Part shown: positions 34,469 to 55,197 of the stretch, one piece after another | Position numbering within the stretch: position 1 is the first letter of the stretch | How the letters are laid out: every line of letters begins with the position of its first letter | Assembly (NCBI RefSeq): GCF_000315625.1 | Contig: NW_005434641.1 | Location: forward strand, 512,472-576,471 | DNA length: 64,000 nucleotides | Direction: 5' to 3' | Source of the DNA: Guillardia theta CCMP2712 | Taxonomy: Eukaryota; Protista; Cryptophyta | Translations under genes and position numbers: made by a program | The notes under the pieces: model-generated | What the model saw: only the letters and a program-made list of their open reading frames with translations | What the model was told of the DNA's origin: nothing | Databases searched by the model: none

Positions 34469-35308
34469 CTATTGTGCCTTCATGGCCTTCTTCGCTTCCC
34501 GTGCTGAGATGTAGGACTTCCTGTAGAAATGCCCGAAGAGCATGAGCATCTGAAAGAAATCGTCAGATGTATGGTCATTCGCTTTCACCGCCCATCACCT
34601 GGATGTGGTACACGAACTGAGCCCATGCCAGGTGCCTTGGGAGAATGGTCTCAAAAGCAAGCACGAGGCAAGCATGAATAATGCACATGGCGAACTGAAA
34701 CGAGAACATCACCTCAAATTGCCCGAGGTGAGAGGAAAGAATACCTGGATCAGCTGTGCCTGAGTGATGAACTTCTTGAACGGGTTGGTGTAGCCCATAG
34801 AAGTCCAGAAGTAGTGAGAGTACATAATACAGTGGATGATGCTGTTGATCAGGCAACCAAAAGCAGCGGTTCCATTTCCATGCCCAATGTACAACATAGC
34901 CCCCCAAATCATGCCAATGCTTGCGTGGTGGTAGACATGCAGAAAGGTGAGTTGCTGCTTCTCCTTGCCCCTCAAGATGATGAAGAGGGTGTCAAAAAAG
35001 TCCAAAAATTTCGACATATAGTGAACGAAAACAAAGTACTCCAGCTGCGCAGTGTACTGTTTGTTGATGCCGAAAATGTTGGTCGGAGTCGACAGCGAAA
35101 CTAATCCCCAAATCATGTACACGTTCAAGATGACCTGTGCTAGGTTATACACCTGCATGGGAAACTTCAAAACAAAAGGCTGCCGTCCTTGCATGAACTT
35201 CCGCACGATGACAATCATGAGCAGATAGCCAGAAAGCATGCTGGTCATGCATTCCTTGGAGACGAAAAAATCGTACACCGGGCCCGAGAGGTATTGCAAA
35301 GTTGCCAT
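34469..35308 (-). CDS. GNS1/SUR4 (ELO) fatty-acid elongase, probably PUFA-type; 3 exons
   Basis: SKFLDFFDTLFIIL, LTFLHVYHHAS (His box), NSIIHCIMYSHY, ITQAQLIQ|F, LFGHFYRKSY...KAQ*. Confidence 0.95.
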
Positions 35309-35464
35309 GGTAGTCAGTGGCCTCTCGCTAGAACGGCAAGAGTGAGAGCGTGAGAGGTCTGTGCGAGTATGGACGAGGAGGAGGTCAGGAACGAGTGAAG
35401 TAGGGCGAACGGATGTGAAGGCGCACTAGGAACGAAGGGCAGTGGGAATGGAGGAGGATGGGAT

Positions 35465-36180
35465 CAGTCAGCCCTGGGGGGTAGGGGGTATTTTTGAAGG
35501 GGTAGTCAGTTGCTATCGATTGATATAAGGGGTGGGTATGTGTTCTTTTCATAATCAACAGCATGTATGGGGTGGGTACTCATTTTTAATACAGGGTGGT
35601 GGGTAGCCATTGAAGGGTCATACTCAGGATAGGGTAGTGTTAAAGGCCTAGAGGGTGGGGTAAGAGTGGGGAGGGGGTCCAACAATTTGGATCCTCGGTC
35701 TAAAATTGGATTGAGCCTCGTGTGATCCTTCTGAAATTCAGAGAAATGTTTGAAAACAAATAAGGGAATTTGGTCAAATCTCCTAAATCTCCGGCGTCTC
35801 CAGGCAGCTCCCCTCGGTCGTGGTCGCATGAGGATCATGAATTTTTCGTTTGGGGCAAAATCTTGAGATGTTCGCAAGAAAAGTTTCAAATTATTGTATA
35901 AAATTTTAAATATTAAGATTATATTTCAATACATTCCGATCTTGTTGATCCCCTGTGCAAAATCTTGACCCAAAACGCATGCAAAGCCCTACCCCCGGTA
36001 CTTCTAGTCCTACTACCCCTATATCTTCCCTCACAAAGTACCCCCTCTGCTTCCAGGCTCCGTCCCGGGGCCTTGACGGCACAACAACCTCAGTCAATGT
36101 TGCCTCCGGGCCGGGCCCGACCGGGCCGATCGGACGATGCCCGACCCTTACACGGTGCGCCGGTGCCGGGTCAAAATGGC
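35465..36180. promoter_or_regulatory. Putative bidirectional promoter: GGGT array, AT-rich core, ACCC array, then CCGG island
   Basis: Lies between the divergent ELO (-) and methyltransferase (+) genes. Motif orientation flips across 35700-35950. Confidence 0.5.
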
Positions 36181-36470
36181 GGGGTAAGGAATGTTGGGGA
36201 GGGAGGAAGGGGAGCGACGAGGGAGACATGCTTGAGTGAAGATAGAGTAGAGCTCTAGCATCGCAGGTTGAATCTCCCTCTCTAGCTCTAGTTCTTGTCA
36301 GCAGTATGATGTCTCCTGGTGTTTGTTGTTGATGTCCGCCGTTAGTTTCTGGGATGTACATCACGCCGAACAGCATGTCGGGGAAAAGCCATCTCTCATG
36401 ACTTTGATTGGGATGATATATGTGTATCAATATACGCAGAGGAATTTCATGCTGAACCGTTTCCTCGTTC

Positions 36471-37974
36471 TTGCCCTCCAGGTTCCTTCGGCAGAGCGCC
36501 TCTGCGTTTGGCGCCAGGTGTCTTCGAGGGCGTTGGAGAAACTTCACATCGACAAGTGACGGGAGTGACGGGGCGAAATATGCAGAACACCGAGAGACGC
36601 CGTTGTCACGATGGACAGTGAGCGGTGAACGACCGGATCGTGCGCTTGCTTTCCCACAGTACTGGGATGCTTTCTACAAGAGCAAGGAGAGCGAGGACCC
36701 TGGGTCCTTGTACGATTGGTATTCAAACAGTGATGTGCTGCAAGGAGTGCTGTGGAACAAGTTAAGAAGGCTGCAGGTTGCTTGCCTCCCCCTCCCCCCC
36801 CCTCCTCATCTCTTCTCTCCCCCTCCCCTCTTCCCTCCCTCGAGAGCATCATCCCATCGGTCATTCACGACAGTGTTTCGCAGGCAGGACACCTTGTCCT
36901 TCATGCAGGGTGTGGAACAAGCGCTCTCTCCCTCGCACTTTCCAGCCATTTTAAGGACATACGATTCATTCATGCAGACTTCTCGATGCAGGGGCTAGAG
37001 TTGATGAAGCACCGCCATCCAGGTCTCTAGATTGCTTCTTTTCCTCGTCCTCCCCATTCTCCTCCTCCTCCATCAAAACTTTCGAATTTTTCCGCAAGCT
37101 CCCTGTTCTTCCTTTTCCTCCGTGTCTCCTCCTCGTCCTCACCTCCCACACAGAGTTGAACTGGATGGCTATGGACGTTCGGCAGCTCCCGTTCGCTGAC
37201 AGGAGCTTGGCGGCGGTGGTGGAGAAGGGGACGATGGACGCGCTCCTGTGAGCTACGAGGCCAAGCCCTCCTCTCTTGCTAGTTACTTTATGCAAGGCGG
37301 AAGGGAGACGACGCGTGGCTGGACATGTGCAAGGAATGCTCCCGCGCGCTCTCTCAGGGTGAGAACCGCCTCATTCTTTCGTTCTACTTCCTCGTTCCAT
37401 TCCCTCCTGGCTATGACCCTTGAGGATCTTCTTGTCCTCTCTTCTCCCTTCTGCCTTTACTCTCCTCCCTTCCTCCCCCCACCTCCGCCTCCTCCCTCTC
37501 ATCCACTTCCCACGTCCCCCTCCCCCCCATCCCTCTTTTCTCATCAAGGAAGCATCCTTCGTTTTGTTCATCCTCATGGCTCCCTGCGCGAGTCTCCTCC
37601 TTGTGCCACAGCTCCTCCTCTGTGCTCCAGCGGCTGCTCGTCGCTCATGACGTTTTCAGGAGGTATTTTCCTTCAGATTACTGACGAGCCTCCGGAACTT
37701 CGACTTCCGCTCCTAGAGCATCTGTGAGTAGAATTGAGGAAGGGAAGTGAGGAAAGGCAGGGAGACGAATGGGAGAGCAGAGGGAAGCAGAGAAGGAAGA
37801 GGGCGAGGAGGAGGAGGAGGGAAGGAGGGGGGGGGGAAGAGGAGAGGGAGGACGGGAGGATTGGAAGGTGATGACGCCAGGGATGTCAGGAGGGAGTGGC
37901 AAGTGAGTTTCAGCGCAGTGGATGCGAATGACGACGGGTATGAGTATTTCGTATACTCCTGTGAGATGCGATGA
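36471..37974 (+). CDS. Class I methyltransferase, METTL12(CSKMT)/EEF1AKMT4-like, multi-exon; start uncertain
   Basis: YWDAFY...YDWY, VLHAGCGTSALS, ADFS, MDVRQLPFAD...VVEKGTMDALL, FLQITDEPPELRLPLL. Confidence 0.85.
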
Positions 37975-38332
37975 GTACTAGTACTGTCTGCCATCGATGA
38001 TCGGACTTCTGTCTTCCCTCTGTACAATCTTCAACGCTGCATAGTGCAAATGTTCCCTCCATGTTGCGTGATGGAGTGACTCAGCAGACTCTCTCGTCAA
38101 CAAACCCGCGTCCCTCCTCTACCCGTATCCTTCCGATCAACGGACGCGCCTTACCACCAGGTTTCATTCTCACAAACACATCGAGCGACATGAATGGTAC
38201 TCTACATCCTCCCGCTACATTCGCCGCCAGCAACCTCCCCACGAGCCCAGCAACTGCTCGCACTTTGCCGGACAAAGTGTGCTGGTCTACTTCGTTTAGT
38301 CCGTCCATCCATCTTTCACCCAGCCGTTGAAA

Positions 38333-39240
38333 TCACTGAGCGCTCTCCTCCTCAGTATCAGGACCCACCGCAGCTGATTCCCCTCCCTCCTCAGTTGTTG
38401 TCTCCTCTGTAGCACCCTCCTCTCCCTCGGCTCCCTCTGAAGCACCCTCGGCTCCCTCCTCTGTAGCTCCCTCCTCGCCCTCAGCACCCTCTTCGCTCCC
38501 CTCAGCTTCAGTGCCTTCCTCGGCAGCAGGAGTGTCCTGCTCGAAGGGGAACCTCTCAGGGGCAGGAGCGTTGATGTCGCTCTCCATGTCCTGCTCACCA
38601 TAAGCGCTGTCGTAAAATTGAGGAAGAGAATAATCTCACCTGCTCATGCTGAGCCTGATGAATCTCCGCGATCAAAGCGGGATCGATAGCCTGCGCAGAG
38701 ACATTACGGGTATTCACTCATACAGCGATAGTCTCGATCCACAAGTTTGTTCACTTCGCTCACCTCGCTCTCTGACGCGATCGTGCCGTTAGCGATCATG
38801 GCCTCAATCAAAGTTCCTTCAAGAAGGCATGAGATAACAAGGGATCAACGGGTCAGATCAAGCATACCATTCATCTTTCCGATTGCACGAAGGGCCCAGT
38901 CTGCGCAACCATGAGCATCGCATCTCCAACACGCCACCGGCTCCGCTCACTTGCACGGCGTTCGATCCGGTCTTCGTTGCCTACTCCCCAGAACGTGTGG
39001 TCGAAGAGAGGAGGATGGTTCTCCTCCGGCATGTTCACCTCCTGTATTTAAACATCAGAGCGGCAGCAGGTAGCCGGGTGTGAGGCTGACCAGAGCGACC
39101 GCGGACGAGGATTGAGACATCCAGATCATGCTCACTGCCACAACCAACCCCATGGCTGCAGCGCAAGCAGCGATCATGACCTGAGAGCCGTCAGGGATCC
39201 TTCTCATGAGGACGCCAAAGGTAAGACTTACAGCTTTCAT
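38333..39240 (-). CDS. Hypothetical type II membrane protein with an acidic EEGA-repeat tail, multi-exon
   Basis: TM segment MIAACAAAMGLVVAVSMIW; last exon EEGTEAEGSEEGAEGEEGATEE...SAQ*. Confidence 0.6.
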
Positions 39241-39837
39241 CTCCGTTGCCGGTCGATGAAGCGAAACAGCTGCAGAGCCAAGATGTCAGAGCGGCGCAGG
39301 CAGCGATAGCTGATCTCAGGGAAGTGACATGTACAAGCTCTCAAACAGATTTCAAATCATTTCAACCCCAGTCAGCGGGGATAGCAACAAGAAAAGAAAA
39401 GAATGCTTGCATGGCAAAATCGGAGAGACGAAAACAGCGCAACAAATTACAAATCATATGAGGGTTCGAAAAAAATCATGTATTGCATACGATCAAGCGA
39501 GGGAGGGCAGGGATGTAGGCAGGCAGGAGAAGGGGGAGGCAAGGACGATGGAAGGGGGGAGGGGAGGGGAGGGCAGGAGGGAGGGGAAGGAAGGAGGGAG
39601 GGAGAGGGAGGAGGAGGAGGAGGAGAGGGGAGGAGGGAGGAGGAGAGGGGAGGCAAAGTTTTCTCACGTCGCTCGTTGAGGGAGGATGTGCCATAGTTCA
39701 CAACCACCATGGCGGCTCTTCGTGCTGAACCGTAACCGTCACCCTTCATATGAAACTGTACATAACGGTCATTTAACGGCGCTGGAGGTAAAATAAAAAA
39801 AATCCTTTTCTTTGTGTAAAGCCGGTCATACAAGCAA

Positions 39838-40484
39838 ATGCAGGCGCTGACGATGCGGGCGATGATGGCGCTATGTCGCAGTAGCTTCTCTCAATCGCAG
39901 AACATGAGCACTGAAGAACTTCAGATACTCATGGACGATCGGCCGGAGGAAGTTGTCATACTGGACGTCAGAAGGAAAGACGAGGTAACCCACCGCTCAG
40001 TTGTATACCTTGCCGCTGACTTTCCTGGGCAAGTTCGATGTATCACACATCAAAGGAGCAATTTGTGCAGGAGAAAACGGCGAACTTATAGATCTTGCTG
40101 CTGTCGCAAGCTCTGTGGAGAAAGATGCGCCCAATGGAGGCAAGACAATAGCGTGCTATTGCTCGGTAGGTTATCGAAGTGCCCGGCTGGCCCAGAAGCT
40201 TTTGGTGGAGCATGGCTGCAGAAGAGCCTTCAACGTTGAGGGCTCGATCTTCAAGTGATGCTACATGCTTGTATGCTTTGAGAGGTTGTAACATGTCGGA
40301 ACACAGGTGGGCGAATGAGGGAAGAAGGGTTTTCCGAGGGGAAGTCGAAGTGGTCCCGACCAAAGTGCATCCGTACAATCATGTTTATGGGCAGGTATGC
40401 ACCCGATCATGGTCGTGTTCAGAGGTTTTTCATTGACAATCAATCTTGCAGTTGTTAAACTCCAAGTTTCGTTATCCTGTTTGA
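39838..40484 (+). CDS. Single-domain rhodanese (sulfurtransferase), 4 exons
   Basis: VILDVRRKDE|FDVSHIKGA...YCSVGYRSARLA...NVEGSIFK|WANEGR...VHPYN..YGQ|LL. Confidence 0.9.
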
Positions 40485-40649
40485 GCGAAATTACGGGAAA
40501 GTTAGCTTACAATCGTTTCGTGATTGTTTCTCCATGTATATATTTACAATCCTTCAAGATAAGATGCGGCAATCAAGCCGCATAATGCTATGAACATTCA
40601 AAACTTCTCATGTTTTGCTCCGGATGACCTGCTCAGTCAGTCTGGGACC

Positions 40650-41780
40650 TCAAACTCTGCTTGTAACACAATGCTGCACTGGGTCGCAGGAATCCGAGAA
40701 TTCCGTTGGTTGAGGAGTGGGCGTCTGCGACCTGTATTCCCTGGGCCTGAGATACGATAGAGCAAGCTCTCCATGACGTAAAGCACTGTCGTCTCTACTG
40801 GTGACACATGAGACTGACGGTTGTCGTCCGTAGTAGATTTCATCAAGTCGACAGTCAGATGCTTTTCTTTTTGACGAGATTATCTGTTCGACTCCGGTGT
40901 TCACCATGGAGAAGTCCGTTGAGGGCGGGGAATGTTCTTGAGAGACTGGTTGATGTTTCTTCTGCAGTTGAAAGTTGCGTATCTCCAACAGGGAGGTTGC
41001 CTTGGGGTCTGGGAGGAAAGCAACAGAATCTACGATGAGTTGTGTTGGGATTCGAAGTCTACAAAACCTGTCTGCGACTCATTTGAGTTGGGCCGGCCTG
41101 CGTAGTAAATGATCTGGAGAAGAATTTTATCTTTTCGATGCCTTGGCAGCTCATTTCAGAAACAATATATCACCATGACACTGAATACCTCGCGATATCC
41201 AGCGGAGTATGCCCGATTTCGTTTTTCACCGTCGGATCCGCTCCGCATTTCAGGAGCATGAATGCAGATTTATGTTTTCCTGACAAACAAGCCAAGTGCA
41301 AGGGTGTCATTCCTGCCTTAGTTTTGCAGTTCATATCGATGCCTTCATGGGAACCGAGTCAGGGTTGTTTCAGATCGCCAAAATCCCCCACCTTGTTCTT
41401 TCAACATGGAGATTGTGTTCAAGGATTCAGCTTGTACAGAGCTGAACAGAGCTCTTTCCCCTTCCATGCGGCTGGCAGAATCCATGCCCGTCCCCTTCAG
41501 AATCAAGTTCAGTGCTTTCCCACCACTTATATTCATGCCAAAGATCACAAAGTTCGCCACGAGTACATGCCTCAGTCAATGAGGGGTTTCAAGTGACAAA
41601 AGCTCACTTCTACCAGACAAAACATGAGTTCAGTCCGCAATCTCTCTATCGTATCCGCGACCTCAAGAATAAAAGCTCCGAGAACTCTCTCACGCAGCAA
41701 CCCCAACTTTCAAGACAGTAGGTTGCGACTTCTCAAGTGTGGACAAGGCTAAACTGATCAACTCATCGTGTCTGCAGACC
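40650..41780 (-). CDS. Ankyrin-repeat protein, multi-exon; ends approximate
   Basis: Exon at approx. 41190-41345 reads DMNCKTKAGMTPLHLACLSGKHKSAFMLLKCGADPTVKNEIGHTPLDIAR. Confidence 0.75.
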
Positions 41781-42292
41781 ATCACACAGTCTTCCACCAC
41801 AAATTTGCATCTCACATGAGAAACATCGCATCTTCAGCTTACCTTCTCCTTCATTGCGCTACAACATCCCGCCGCTCTCCCCACCTCGTTACCCATTTCG
41901 CCGGCACCCTTTACCGACGCAACCACCCTATGGCCCCAGCACCCATCTGTTGTGTCCATCGCCATTTTCCACTGTGAGAGCCAGGGTCCAACCTTGCCCT
42001 ATTTGCATTAGTGCTTCAATCATAAGATATGATACCTTGTGGTACTGAGATTACATCTCCCGATTTGTGCACTTTTAACGAACTTCGGAACGAGAGCTCA
42101 CTCTTCGACTCCGTCAGATAACTAAAATCTTTACTCACCCGGAGAGTCGCCGGGCCGCGGCCGACAAGTCTCTTTCACTCAAGTGCTGAAGATTTCCGTT
42201 GACACAAAGAAAAACGTCAAACTTGACTAAGGGGACTGGACTGCCATTCAGCGGCTCCTCTTGGAATCTCTGAGAAGGCTGGAGGGGTAGCG

Positions 42293-50737
<8,445 letters not shown>

Positions 50738-51105
50738 CGATTGATAAATTCTTAAACACAAACCTCAAAGCTCTCTCCTCTCCTCCCCTCTCCTCCTCTC
50801 ATCTCCTCTCCTCTGCTCTGATCTGCTCTCATTAGCTCCTCTCCTCNNNNNNNNNNNNNNNNNNNNNNNNNNNNNNNNNNNNNNNNNNNNNNNNNNNNNN
50901 NNNNNNNNNNNNNNNNNNNNNNNNNNNNNNNNNNNNNNNNNNNNNNNNNNNNNNNNNNNNNNNNNNNNNNNNNNNNNNNNNNNNNNNNNNNNNNNNNNNN
51001 NNNNNNNNNNNNNNNNNNNNNNNNNNNNNNNNNNNNNNNNNNNNNNNNNNNNNNNNNNNNNNNNNNNNNNNNNNNNNNNNNNNNNNNNNNNNNNNNNNNN
51101 NNNNC

Positions 51106-54100
51106 CAATCCTCCGTTCAAGTCTCCTGCTTCTGCTAACTTCTTGTCTCCGTTGATTGCCCCTCCTCCCTCCCTCCTCCCTTCTGTCTTCACAGACCCGT
51201 TCCCATTCATCTCATCTCCTCCCTTGACTCTCCTTGCATCCGAGACCACTAACTTCCTGTCCCTCCTCGCTCTCCCCCTAGTCAGCAAACGTTCCGTCCC
51301 GTTGCTCTCCTGCGCAAAGACGAAGTCCGCAGCCGTTGCGCTCCCGTTCTGTCTAGGCTGGATCCTGGAGGAGGAGGAGGAGGCAGAGGAGTAGGAGGTC
51401 TCCTTAGCCAGCAGGAAGGGAGCAACTTCTTTGTCAGATTCTGCTCGATCAAGTTACAAGGCCCTCAAGGTTCAAGTGCAGGGAGGATGACTACCTTCAA
51501 AGCTTCCGTTCTCCATGCTCGCTCCCTCCTCCCTCCTCCCTTCCTTCCGCTCTCCTTTCTTTCCCCTCCTCTCCTCTTTCCGCTCTTCTCTCTCTGCCTT
51601 CTCCACCTCTTCTCTTTGCTCCGTTTTCGCTCCATTCCCATCCTCCGCCTTCGTCCCCTCCTCCTCCTTTCCTCCCGGGAGATTCCCTGGTCTTTCGGGG
51701 GTCTCGCTCCTGTTCCTGATCTTGGAAGCGTAGTAACTGAACTTCACGCATACAGCTGGAGGGTTCTTCGACCTGCTCCCCCCCTTGAGCTCCAGTGGCA
51801 GCCAAATCTCTCCTCCTGTCTTGCCCTTGTCCTCCGCCTCCTGTTCCTCCTCCTCCTCACTCCAGATCGAGCTTCTGTGCTGAGACTTGACATGCTCTGT
51901 AATGTCGACCTCCCCCGTCGCGTACTCCACCTCCTGCCTGTGGACAGTGGAGGAGGAGACGAGCTGTGGGCGGGTCCTGTACTGAACGATCCTCAGGCTC
52001 ATCCTCCTCGACTCTCTGTTCAGCGAGAAGTTCATCCGCTGGTTCCAGTGCACCGACGTCCCTCTCCCCTCCACCTCGTTGGTGCTCAGAGTGATAGGAG
52101 CGATACTAATCTCACAGCTGTAGGCCAGGGGGATGCCGTCGGAGCTCGGGCTCAGGTGCTTTCCTCGCATCACCCACACCTCCAGGAAGCCTTCGGTCTT
52201 GCCGTCCATCTCCGGCGACTGCAGCGAGTACACGTAGTCCTCCCGGTGAACGAGCATGTCGGCGCTGGGGGACGTGATGACGTAGGGGACCGGGTTCGAC
52301 TTCTCCGACTTGCGGTAGATGCCAAGGGGCAGCGTCATGCACTTGAGGACGAGGTACTGGAAGAGCTGGATGTAGGGCTTGCCCTCGAAGTCGACGGGGA
52401 CGGGGAAGAAGGAGAGCTGAGAGGGATGCAGGTTGGGGACCGAGTAGATGGGAGTGTCGCAGTTGTTGACCACCAGTTCACGGAGGATGCGGACGAGGTT
52501 GACGTTGTAGTAGGCCTGCACTGCGAGCTTGTCGAGCACAGAGTTGACGTACACCATCCCCGCGGCGAACGGGACGGCCCCGTCGATGTCGAGGAAGCCG
52601 AGGTTCTTGGAGTTGACGATCTCGCACACGATGTGGACCTCGGGCCGGACTTTGGTGATGGACTGGTAGACGAAGAGCGCATCCGCGTCTACCAGGTAGC
52701 TATGGGCCTCCAGGTCGTTGCGGTTGACGAGGCCGTTGGAGTTTGACAAGATGATGACCTTGCTGAGGCCCAGGAGCCCAGCGCGAACAAGGTCCTGCGT
52801 CTCCAGCGGGGAGCCCTGGATGTAGTAGACGCCGGGGAAGTGGCAGAGCTCGTTCCAGAGCTTGGGGGGCGGGAGCTCGGGGTTAAGGATGACGATGGGA
52901 GGGAGGAGGTCGCGGGAGATGTGCTTCGGCCGGAGGGTCGCGACGAAGTGATGCAGGTCATTGTGCATACCGCAGATCAGGACGTGACCTGTCATGGTCT
53001 CTAGCGTGCTCATGGTGCGCGACTCGATCGAGACCGGGTCGCTCGTGACGTGGTACACGCGCTCGAGCCTGGACATGAGTTGGGAAGTGTAGACGATGGT
53101 CGAGTCGTCCTGCGGGTACTTGCCCGTGGTCGTCAGCTGGGCGCTCCCCAACTCCTCCGAGAGGTTGTCCTCCTCCTCCTCGAGACCAAAGGTCCTCACT
53201 GAGTCCGCGTCCTCGACGTCCTCTGCGATCAGGAAGACGACGGGGCTGGTGTTGGGAGGGATCCGGTAGCGGGCAGGGTTGAGGATGACCCTGCTGTACC
53301 CTAGCGTGTCGGTGATCTCAACGGCAAACAGCGTTGCTCCTGTAACCCTGTAAAGCTGGGAGCAAACTTCGTTGAAGGTCATGCCCCCGAAAGAGGGGCT
53401 GAGGGTCGTGCAGTATATCTCTTTGCCGCTCCCCGACAGGTACTCCGTCATCCATCGCTCGCACTCGTCGCCGCTCTGACCGGAGGAGATCATGAGGTTG
53501 GATATGAGAGTTGAGAAGCCAGGGCACAGGCAGCTCTTGCCCAGCAGGTTCATCTTGATTTCGTCCATGCAGATGATCTGCACGTCCGTACCCCCGCACG
53601 TGGACACGTTGAGGTGATGACGGTTCTCCGGCCTCAGCAGCTGCAGGATGATGCGGATATCCTCCCCGGGCCTCCGAGCGCTGACGTACTTCTTGATGCT
53701 GATCGCGCGAATGATGTTGCTGCTGTCCTCTGCGAAGGGATCCTCCGCGAACTTGTCACAGAGGATGAAGACGCAAAGGCAGTTGATGATGTCTGCCCTC
53801 TGAAGGTCCTTGTCGACCAACGCTGAGCCCTCGAGGTACACCGTGCGGAGCGAGTAGTTGGCGCTGCTCAGGAGGGAGAGGAGGGACGCGCTGGGGACCT
53901 GGTTGCCGAGGATAACTACCTTAGTGTCGCTCATGCCGTGATCGGGATGAAAGAACTCTTCCAGGAAGTCTCGGATGGATGAGTGGGTCACGTTACCGCA
54001 GAGCAGCACGTGCGGGTACTTTGCCGACTGGTAGGTCGCGCGGGCCCATGGGGAAGCCATAGAAAGGAGCTCCATCAGCTTGTTGATCTGAAGGAGAGCT

Positions 54101-55197
54101 CAGATGGAAGGTACAGCTGAAGCCGAGGGGAGGAAGCGGAGCAGAGGGAGGGGGAGGGGGAGGGGGAGGGAGAGGGGGAGAGGGGGAGAAGGGGAGAAGG
54201 AGGGGATAGCAAGTAAGGTGGGGCGGGAATGGAAAGAGTGCGTGAGGGTTCAGAAGTTCAGATGAGGAAAGAGATACAACAGGATGTGCAGGAGGAACAG
54301 GATTGAAGCAGGAGCATGCATCAACGATGAGGAAAAGTCCCAACCTGGTCGGTGATGGTCGCAAGAGAAGAGAGGATCATAATCATCGTAAGGAACTTTC
54401 CCAGGACCGTCGTCGGATAGAAATCTCCATACCCCACGGTGGAAACTGCGTGCAAGTGAGCGAAGGGCAACAAGAGCAGAACCTCCAAGCTGTCAACCTG
54501 TAATGATGGTGAAGTAGACAGCATCGTGGAAGGAGAAGCCTGGCTCTGGGTGGTTCCAGATATCCGCTAGGTCCTCGGGCGATCGAAACGTGAGCTCGAC
54601 GACTTGAATCAGCCCGGCAAAGCAGAAGATCAAACTCAGAGCCGTCAGAACCATGGTAAAGATCTGCCGCGTCACTTCTGTTCCCACTTGCGGCCGGCCG
54701 CGGGTTGTGCGGATCAGCCGCAGGACTCGTAAGAGTTTGAGGACGCGGACGAATCGGAGGAAGTTGAGCTTAGAAGCCTTGTCGACAGGAGAGGACTGGG
54801 CGTTCATAGACTGCTTCACTGCAAAGATCACAAGGGCCGGCATGATTGTGACAAAGTCAACCACTATGAGGGGCTGAATGAGGTGCTTCAGACGGCTCTC
54901 CGCCGCGTACAGGTAGATGACGAAGTCCGACAGGAAGATGAAGGTGATGATCAGCTCGATCTGCTCCAGAGAGCTCAGCACATTCTTCTGAGATTCCGAA
55001 ACGACACTCAGGTCGGGAAAGTACGTCTGGTAGATGTAGATGCCGACAGAGAGCAGGCTGAAGATACAAGTGGAGAGGTCGAACAGGAGTCCCCAGAAAG
55101 AGCTCAGGAGCCATGAAGCGAAGTCCTTGCGCGTTCGCTCGGCTTCTTCCGACGCTGCTGCGAACGCTAACTTGAATTTCCCCCAGTAATTGCCCAT
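51106..55197 (-). CDS. BK/Slo-family K+ channel (S1-S6, RCK1, RCK2) with a C-terminal C2 domain; the 3' end may run into the N-gap
   Basis: Exons 55197-54498, 54445-54345, 54087-~51490. S4 LRFVRVLKLLRVLRLIR; pore FHDAVYFTIIT|VSTVGYGD; RCK1 HVLLCG..DFLEEFFHPDH, YLEGSAL..DLQRA, KSCLCPGFSTLISNL; RCK2 GHVLICG, YIQGSPL..DLVRAG. Confidence 0.93.
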
